From contig CATNEN010000007.1 of the NCBI GenBank assembly GCA_950097015.1, forward strand, positions 1,054,001-1,118,000: 64,000 bases of DNA, written 5' to 3'. The stretch comes from Macrostomum hystrix (Eukaryota > Animalia > Platyhelminthes). Shown piece by piece: positions 25,296 through 33,347 of this stretch (position 1 is its first letter; each line of letters begins with the position of its first letter). The position numbers were made by a program, and so were the translations under genes. The notes beneath the pieces are model-generated. The model did no database searches and had not been told where the DNA came from. It saw only the letters and a program-made list of their open reading frames with translations.

Positions 25296-26684
25296 ATGAT
25301 TCCCTGCTCAAGATTCCGCGGCTGCCTCCTGGCCGCGCTGGCCGGCGACTGTTTCGGCGCTCATTTCGAGTTCTCGCAGCGGCGCTCCAAATTCCAAACA
25401 GTCTGGTCTAAACTGGAAAGCCACCTGCGCCATGCTGGAGCCTCGCAGCTGGATTACACGGACGACACGGCACTGTCTAGGGCTGTCTGCGACTCGCTGA
25501 TCGCCCACAATGGTCTAGTGGAGCCGGCGCACATGGCTCGCACTCTGACTGAGGCCTATTTCGAGCGGCCAGACAGAGGCTACGGAGCGGCCATTGGCGA
25601 CGTTTTTGTGGCCCTGCGCGACACCAACTATGCCCGACCGTTCGGCCCCGCCGCTGCCCAGTTCAACGGCTCCGGCAGCTACGGCAACGGAGGTGCGATG
25701 CGGGCCGCGCCACTGGGTCTGGCAGGCGCCGGCCACAGCCAGGAGGCGGTCGCCAATCAGCTGGTCGACCAGGCCACCCGGCTGACGCATTCAAATCCGC
25801 TGGCCCTTGCCGGAGCCAGACTTCAGGCGACCGCAGTGCGGCTGGCTCTGCGATCCGATGGCGCGGACGCTGCCTGGTCAGCTGGGCTGTATGAGGGGCG
25901 GGAGGTCCCGAGTTCGAATCCTCGACGATTACATATTTTTATGGCCGTATATGGCAATGAGGGTTAACAGTTCAAGGCAGAGGGCAGTTGTACTGTGTGA
26001 GTACTTGTACGTGTTCATGGATAAGTTACTCTCAGCCGTCTGACAAGCTTCAACCCCTTTGATCTATGCCGCTCTTCTAAGGCTTTGCGAAGCTCTCAGC
26101 GCAGAAGCTGCCGGCGTCGACAGGCACTACAATCTCGGCGCTGGTCGCGAGTCCTTCTCCAAATCCATGAGTCTAGTTAAGCAGCTTCTGGCTGAGCATT
26201 ATCAGCCAGCCGCGGTGGACGAGGAGGCCGTGAAGGTCGCCGAGTTGCTGGGCACCGATGTGACAGCTCTACGTAGTGTGCCAACCGCCATCTACTGCGC
26301 ACTGAGGTGGGTTCAAAACATGACTGACAGACAGGAGCTCTGAGACTAAAGTGAGCGGCCCGAGTAGCTTTTGTCAAGAAAAGTATAAAAAAATATTTTC
26401 CGATCAGGTCCCTTCGGCCGAGTCACCAGGTGCACAGCCTGGTGAACAATGTAAATTCTGGCAGCCTCAGACTCACATGCGACCAGATGAAGCTGCTCGA
26501 CTGTCTAACATTTGCCGTGTGTCTGGGAGGCGACACTGACACTATAGCGTCGATGGCCTGCGCCATTGTCGGCGCCGCGCTGGGATTCGAGGCTCTGCCA
26601 GCCGCCCTGCTGTTGGCATGCGAGGTTAGCGACTCCATTGACTGCACTGCTACGAGGCTGCACCGAACTGTCTATAGCAGTTGA
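25296..26684 (+). CDS. ADPRS: ADP-ribosylhydrolase ARH3 (ADP-ribosylglycohydrolase family), 360 aa
   Basis: join(25296-25876, 26082-26306, 26408-26684) = 1083 nt, with two phase-2 GT-AG introns. Contains the ARH3 motifs SRFRGCL..A..GDC.G, YTDDTA, PDRGYGA, AQFNG.GSYGNGGAMR, SVPTAIYC.LR and LGGDTDTIA.MA.AI.GA. Also known as ADPRHL2. Confidence 0.95.
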
Positions 26685-27314
26685 CGAAACTGCAAACAGG
26701 GAATGTTTGAATACGCTTGTACACACTGTCGTTTTTATTGTCATTTATTAATACACTGAAGCCTTCGGGACGCTCTGGTGTTCATTAATATAAATGTCTG
26801 TGTCAGCGACATCAGGCAATTTCGAAAGTAATGGCATGCAAACTATTGACTCTACAAGTCGCGGTAATTTTTTATTCTTCACTGAAAATGACAACACTTA
26901 GGCCAGCCAATCGGCTTGCGACCCGGGGCACAAAAATAGGGGTTGGATGAGAGTCCAGCCAATCAGGAAAAGATGTCATGCTCTGCATTGTCAAGGCGCA
27001 GTAACTTCGAAAAGTTCGCTAATAGTAACTATCTCCCCTTCTTCCATACTAGATGTTCCTTTAGTACGAGTTGACATGACTACACTAGCCTGCTCGCGCT
27101 TCTACTCACAATATCCTCAGTGGAGTCGTTCGCTCGTGACTTGGCTAGTTGTCCAACCAATTTAAGGAGCCGGTTAGTTCAGCGAAGTACATTGGCTAGC
27201 GAACTGGCTAGCCTCTATAGAAAAATATTCCTGATTGGCAAAATTTGTTCTTTGTCTGTTCTGCTGCAGCTTCCTGGTCCCCGTCAGACAGGTTTTTCTA
27301 CTTTTAAAAATGTC

Positions 27315-27630
27315 ATCATTTAGTGACACTAGACCCGCAGCCAGCGAGGAGGCAATTCTGCCCATTTCGCTGACTCCTGACCACACACGCACTCATATAC
27401 TGTACGCAGGCATACACTTACACAGGTGTGTACATCTGCCCTGACCTCATCGTCAGGCAGTGTACATTTCACTGTGCCTTGGAGGTTGGCCCACAAGGGC
27501 ATAAATTGCACGACAAGCCCCCAAGCCTTCTCTCCGCGGCTGCGCCCCAAATAAATGTGGCCTCGCCGTGGAATCGAACTCAGGGACCGTGGTGCGAGAG
27601 GCAAACCGCTCTGCCACCGACCCCCTTGAA
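27315..27630 (-). mobile_element. Family B element downstream of ARH3
   Basis: Near-identical to 21160-21447 over ~290 bp. The right end cccccttgaa corresponds to cctcctttaa. Confidence 0.85.
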
Positions 27631-28107
27631 ATAGCCTGGTCTTTCTACTGTTAACAAATGTATACCTGCATGTACACTGCATCACCTGTAGCAAAAGTTA
27701 CCAGTCATTGGCTGTTAGTCCGTTACTTGCTTGTTAATGTAAATTTGATTAGTTGATCTAAATTGTCTCGCCATGATGGCGCATTGTTTGCGATTTGATC
27801 AGAATTGATGGGCAGGTGTTTTTAATAGATTTAGTTTCCTAAGAAAATTAATTAAGCGTTTTCCTGTTTCTAGATATTTTGCTGCCTGTTGCTTCATTGC
27901 AGAGGAAATTGCCTTAGCTGCAGGACTAGAATAGTGAGAGAAGGAAACTATTAGGCTGTTTGGTTGATATTGACGCTTGAAATGGGAAAACATACAATCA
28001 TACGGACTAGAGGGCGGCCGCACTCAAAGAAACTGACAAGGGAAATAATGACTGACTGACACTGAAGATTGAGACTGAATAAGGTGCGCATGTATGTACT
28101 ACAGACT

Positions 28108-28400
28108 ACTAAAGTACATTATGGACAGACTGATCGAAACTAAAAGTACATCATGTACAGACTGATCGAAACTAAAAGTATATTGTGTACAGACTGATCT
28201 AAACTAAAAGTACATGATGTACAGACTGATCTAAACTAAAAGTACATCATGTGCAGACTGATCGAAACTAAAAGTACATTGTGTACAGACTGATCTAAAC
28301 TAAAAGTACATCATGTGCAGACTGATCGAAACTAAAAGTACATCATGGACAGATTGATCGAAACTAAAGTACCACGTGAAGACTACCGATCTAAACAAAA
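28108..28400. repeat. 32-bp minisatellite (actaaaagtacatcatgtacagactgatcgaa), ~9 copies
   Basis: Visible array. A lone monomer also occurs at 30213-30246. Confidence 0.92.
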
Positions 28401-28833
28401 GTATATCATACGCACCCTTATCGAAACGGAGGTATTATATTAACTAATTTATTATATAAACGAAGATTATATTCTGTAAAATAATTTACAGAATATAATC
28501 TTCAATGACCACTAAAGTGGGCGACAGAAAAAAATTTACTGAGCGTGAAATTATCGTGCGGAAGCGTGAAGTATGGAAAGTTGGTGATTTTAAGGGACAC
28601 ATTTCATGCATGAAGATGAATGAATGAATATGTCTAATTCAATATAATTCAATGCCAGGATGTCGCAAGTGTTCTGCATATGGGTTACCTCAATCTAGAT
28701 CCTTGTCTCTTCAATTAAGCTTTCAAAGCCATCAAGTCTAGCAGAAAAGGGCCCGGCCTCATGTAATATTTAAACGCCAGATTTTAATACAAAACACAAA
28801 GTGAAATTGCGTTGACAAACTATATAGTTAGAA

Positions 28834-29428
28834 CAGGGGTCGGCAAACTCCGGCCCGCGGGCCAGATGCGGCCCTCGAAGCTCCCAAATCCGGCCCGTTG
28901 CCCCTTCTGACATCTACAGTGTCCTGTTTTATCTCTCTCGTGTCTAATCTCTCCTGTTTCTCATCTCTCCCGTGTCTAATCTCTCCTGTGTCTCATCTCT
29001 CCCGTGTCTAATCTCTCCTGTGTCTCATCGCTCTCGTGTCTAATCTCTCCCGTGTCTCATCGCTCTCGTGTATCATCTCTCCCGTGTCTAATCTCTCCCG
29101 TGTCTCATCTCTCCCGTGTCTCATCTCTCCCGTGTCTAATCTCTCCCGTGTCTCATTTCTCCTGTGTCTCATCTCTCCCGTGTCTCATCTCTCGCGTGTC
29201 TAATCTCTCGCGTGTCTCATCTCTCCCGTGTCTCATCTCTCTTGTGTCTAATCTCTCGCGTGTCTCATCTCTCCCATGTCTCATCTCTCCCGTGTCTCAT
29301 CTCTCCCGTGTCTCATCTCTCCCGTGTCTTATCTCTCCCCTATCTCATATTTATACAATCAATGCGGCCCGCTGTCGTCTTTTAGGTTCTCTCTTTGGCC
29401 CGCCAGCAAATAAGTTTGCCTACCCCTG
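28834..29428. mobile_element. Non-autonomous hAT (Charlie-like) MITE with an internal 16-bp minisatellite
   Basis: TIRs caggggtcggcaaact / agtttgcctacccctg. Perfect 8-bp TSD AGTTAGAA at 28826-28833 and 29429-29436. Subterminal ggcccgc motifs. Confidence 0.92.
28921..29350. repeat. 16-bp minisatellite (tgtctcatctctcccg), ~27 copies, inside the hAT MITE
   Basis: Visible array. ORFs 29004-29429 and 29164-29385 are read-throughs. Confidence 0.93.
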
Positions 29429-30283
29429 AGTTAGAAGGTGGAAGGGCCTGAGTAAATAGGGTATCTTATTCGCTTCCGACAAACTGTCTATTATGGATGT
29501 CAGCAGAACCAGCCCGAGCTCATTGTTTCACTGTTCCATCGCGGGCTAAATTTGTCCTAGATTTATCTTCTGTGAGGCTTTTTTGCTTCGGACTACTGAG
29601 AATATTTTATAGCTTAAATTGAAACGAACATTGTCAGGTCGTTCATTGCTAGATTGAATTAGTGCATGTAGTTCATCATAAATATCCATCCATTTTTGTA
29701 TCAACCATCAACCAGAAAACAGAGACTCTCAGTCATGGTGTTAGGAGTCACACAAAATAGACCAGATACATCATCATATTTTATCCTGGAATCAAATATC
29801 ACAGACCTTTCTGGTAATTGACTTTGATAGTAAAGCTTCAAACACTAAGTTAGAGCAGCTTTTCTCGCTGTTCTCCGCGGTAATTAATCACGAGTTCGTT
29901 CAGGGTTCGAGCTAGATGCGATTATTGTCATGCATGTTTAGTTACAGCTCATTGCGTATGATTAATATGCTAATCCGTCTTTATCATCTGGCGCTGCGGG
30001 TTCGTTCACGACAGTTGGGTTTTATAAAAATTTTGTTCGTTTTATTAGCCATGAGCCGACGGATGGCCCGCATTCGGGTCACCCAAAGCCACCGGGAAAG
30101 TTTTATGTCTATGGCCAGAAAGCTCGCTCGTGAGGGCTGAAACGAGGAAAAACGTCGAGGCGATTCACCTCGTTTCAGCCCGAGCAGCCTATCCATATTG
30201 TACAATGACCTAACTAAAAGTACATCATTGACAGATTGATCGAAACAATGGTATAGTAATAAACGGCTATGAGTGCTGCAATG

Positions 30284-30800
30284 TTTTTAACCGAGGGCGC
30301 GTAGCGCCCGAGGTTTAAAACTTTGCAGTACGAATAGCCGTTTATCACTGGCATTGTATACTTTTGGACCACAGACAGTTGGGGCGTGCAACAATCAGTC
30401 TCACGGAGCGGATATAGCCAGCGGTCTCGCGGGGCGTGCAGCAATCGATTATTTTGTCGATTGGTGCACGCCCGAAATGTCTATGGTCCAAAAGTAGACC
30501 GCCTGACTTAGGGCAGCAAGAGAACTCAGTTTGGGAAAGGCTGTAAGACAGCGAGACGAGCTGGCGGGGTTCGGGACATAGACAGTAAAGGCGTGCAACA
30601 ATCAGGCTTCATTGGTGGCTGGGAAAAAACCCCTCCAAAAGTGTACAATGTTAGCGTTGTAGTTAGCGGGCGTGAAACGCGTTTCACGGCCCGCAAGCTG
30701 TGCATATCTATGGAATTCGACCATAGACAACAGCAGAGGGCGGGTTGCCGTTAGTTTCAACCTCGTTTCAACACGCGTAGGCTGACTACGACAACAAACA
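30284..30800. mobile_element. Possible Helentron-type non-autonomous element (HINE-like)
   Basis: Starts with a T-run plus hairpin (ttttaaccgagggcgc-gta-gcgcccgaggttt). Near 30761 there is a complementary-like motif cctcgttt followed by hairpin cgtag-gctga-ctacg. Boundaries are uncertain. Confidence 0.35.
30361..30494. mobile_element. 134-bp inverted-repeat element flanked by TA (Tc1/mariner-type MITE or foldback unit)
   Basis: Arms 30360-30396 and 30459-30495 match at 33/37 positions. TA lies at 30359-60 and 30495-96. Confidence 0.55.
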
Positions 30801-31001
30801 CAGCAGGTCCCGACTGACATGGCCCAAATTCAGGCCAAGCCTTTGAATAAATTGTAATAGGTCGATTTCCCACAATAACTACTTCACTATAACCTATATT
30901 TAATCGTAACCTTTAACCCATCTACAGGATGAAAATTTCAATCTGTTTTTTCAGGTAAAGAAAATCATTCCGCATTCATAGACATTAACTTGGACAACTG
31001 A

Positions 31002-31106
31002 AACACGAATGTAGGATATGAACAGGAACACGAATGTAGGATATGAACAGGAACACGAATGTAGGATATGAACAGGAACACAAATGTAGGATATGAACAG
31101 GAACAC
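31002..31106. repeat. 25-bp satellite, left stub (~4 copies) cut off by the retroelement insertion
   Basis: Same unit (aacaggaacacgaatgtaggatatg) as 33348-36442. Confidence 0.93.
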
Positions 31107-32574
31107 AGGCCCCGAGCCAGAGGCGGGAACTCGACGGGGTCAGCCGCCCAGTCCCCACCCCCGGCCCTGAGCCCAGGCCCAGAGTCACCCTCAACCGGTG
31201 CCGACACCGCACCCTGGGCCGTGGGAGGGGCGCTCGAAGGGCCCTGCTCGATGGAGCTGGGCACCTTAGAGGCCTCCCCCGTAGCCCTTGGTTGCGGCGC
31301 CTGCCCCGGTGGGCCACCGCGCATCTCAGCGCGCAGCTGGGCCATCCTGGCGGTTCGCACCACCTCGGAGGCCCGCTGGAGAAGGCCCCGGCGCTTTGTG
31401 ATGCGCGCGGGGCGACGCTCAGAGCTGCCAGCGATGGCACGCTCTGGCCTTTTTTGGCGAGACGACTGGGCCCTGCCCCCAGTCCCAACCTCGGGGTCCG
31501 AGGACCCTTCAGTGGCCGGTACGGTGGTGGGCCCGGTCTGACCTCGAGATTTATCTGCCTCGAAGGCGAAGATTTTGGTCTTCCACAGACCGATGCAGAT
31601 GTTGGCGCCATCTGGGTAACGGCGTGTCCATTGCTCGGACAGGCCCAGAATGGCGGTAAACCCGGTGCCATCGGGGCGCAGGATCGTGCGTGCACGATCA
31701 GGCCCGCTGTCGGCAGCTCCCGGTTCATCGCGATGAGGCCCATGCGGAGGTCCTCAGCGCTGGTGACGACACTTTTCGCCGGGACGAAAATGCGGTGTCG
31801 CTTGGTCTTTGGTGGCTCGTTCTCCCGGAGGAAGTCGAGGCCAGCCGCCCAGCTCTGCGTGGGCAGCAACTCAAGGAGCCGCCGCCCTGATTCCGCGTCG
31901 CCGGGCCAGACGACGAAGCACGATTCCCTGGTAGCGCTTGCGCCGACCGCCAGGGGCTCGCCCTTCAGTTGGAGTTGCCACAGCATAGCATCTATGTTGC
32001 GGCAAATGTTGCTGAGCTGTTCGCTGCTCAGCCTTTTTCCGTCTCTGCCGGTGATGACAACGGCAGGTTGCCTACGTGCGATGGCGGCGTAGGTGGCATG
32101 TGGTCCCGGGCCCTGTCCGGTGGCGACCCCACCCTCGGGATCAGCGTCGGCGGTGGGCACAGGGCCCTCTGCCTCCGCTTCTCCTTCAGGCCGAGCCGCC
32201 GTCCGGATGGGCGCCGGGACCTCCTTGGCCCGCGACCCTGGCCTCGGGGCGTCGTGGGCTCCGCCCCGTGCAGGAGCCTGGGCAGGAGGCGCAAGGCCCC
32301 CCGCCCCAGCCCCCGCCCTAGGCAGAGCCCCTTCGGCCCCTCTGGTCTGGGCCCGGTCCTCGGTCGATGGAGCCGGCTTGCCGTGGGCCATTAAGCGCCT
32401 ACGACGCTTTGCCGCTCCAGAGGTTGAGGAGCGCTTAGCGCCCCGGTCATCGCGCGAGTTGGGCAGCGCGGTATTTGTGGCGGTCGCGGGGCCAGCTAGC
32501 CCGGGCGCCGCAGCGTGTATGGCCTCGGGCACCATGGTGTCCTCGGCCGGAGCAGTTGGTAGGCTGGAAGCCAT
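31107..32574 (-). pseudogene. ORF1-like protein with DUF4780-like domain; one -1 frameshift near 31690 and a truncated C-terminus
   Basis: ATG 32574 (MASSLPTAPAEDTM..), then an A/P/G/R-rich N-terminus with a basic patch (AAKRRRRL). The domain reads AVVITGRDGKRLSSEQL..CFVVWPGDAESGRRLLELL..TKRHRIFVPAKSVVTSAEDLRMGLIAMNRELPTAGLIVH[fs]TILRPDGTGFTAILGLSEQWTRRYPDGANICIGLWKTKIF. This resembles DUF4780 of R1/LOA ORF1s by eye (R.R.(W/F).P, L...N..LPT). The second frame stays open to the junction at 31107. Confidence 0.65.
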
Positions 32575-32806
32575 TTGAAAGCTGCAATGAGGAGAGGGGC
32601 TTCCTGTAGACACAGGCAGGAATAACCCGCTCAGCCGCGATCCCAAAGCTGAGCGGGGGCAGCCAAAAAAGACAAGTTACAACCCGGGGTGGGATGCCAG
32701 GACCACCGGGAGGAACCGTAGGAGGCCAGACTACTCCCTGGTCAAGCGTCCATCAGCACGGTCAACACTGGGACATTAGAGGGCGCTATTTGGCCAGCGC
32801 CGAGGC

Positions 32807-33075
32807 CTGCGGACTGGCCGCATACCCTGTTAAGGTCAAAGGGTGACACCTTTCCCTCAGAGCCGAAGCCAGAGGTACCTGATCACGCACAGGTGCACGA
32901 AACGCTGCGGACAGGCCGCATACCCTGTTAAGGTCAAAGGGTGACACCTTTCCCTCAGAGCCGTAGCCAGAGGTACCTGATCACGCACAGGTGCACGAAC
33001 GCTGCGGACTGGCCGCATACCCTGTTAAGGTCAAAGGGTGACACCTTTCCCTCCAACCGGGGCTAGAGGTACCCA
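32807..33075 (-). repeat. ~98-bp tandem repeat (2 full copies plus a partial third) in the retroelement 5' UTR
   Basis: Units start at 32807, 32905 and 33002 (ctgcggac.ggccgcataccctgttaaggtcaaagggtgacacctttccctc..). Confidence 0.93.
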
Positions 33076-33115
33076 GTTAGGCCGGAGGCCCTGTATGGGT
33101 CGTCCAGCGCTGTTG

Positions 33116-33342
33116 CCCATTCTGTCCGGCTGCCCTAGGGTCAGCCTTGAACACTCGCGGGACGTGTACCCATGGGTCAGCTGACGGGACAACGTGGAGA
33201 GGATTCCTTCACCCGGAGGCACAGGTCTCCTTCCTGCCAAACCTGCTCAAAAAACGACTGCAGGTGTGAGGCATCGCAGACCTTAGCCCGTAGGCCTGGT
33301 CTGACTCATACCACACAGGCATTGTGTCCCGCCGGTGCGAGC
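33116..33342 (-). ncRNA. HDV-like (CPEB3-type) self-cleaving ribozyme
   Basis: Minus-strand elements in canonical order: P1 GCUCGC (33342-33337); J1/2 160 nt; P2 CCCAU (33176-33172); P3 GGG; L3 UACACGU; P3' CCC; P1' GCGAGU (G1-U wobble); P1.1' GU; P4 UC-AA-GGCUG-A-CCC-UA-GGG-CAGCC-G-GA; J4/2 CAGA (C at 33124); P2' AUGGG (33120-33116). Confidence 0.78.
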
Positions 33343-33347
33343 CAAAC

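Larger units (their letters stand above)
31107..33347 (-). mobile_element. Non-LTR retrotransposon 5' portion (R1/LOA-like): ribozyme, structured 5' UTR and ORF1, with no ORF2
   Basis: GC-rich 2.2-kb block with sharp junctions inside a 25-bp satellite and ACAC repeated at both junctions. Carries an HDV-like fold at its 5' end and a gag/ORF1-like reading frame. Confidence 0.75.

Noticed and set aside
30125-30181. Hammerhead-like GAAAC next to a hairpin
   Set aside because: No CUGANGA core upstream on either strand.
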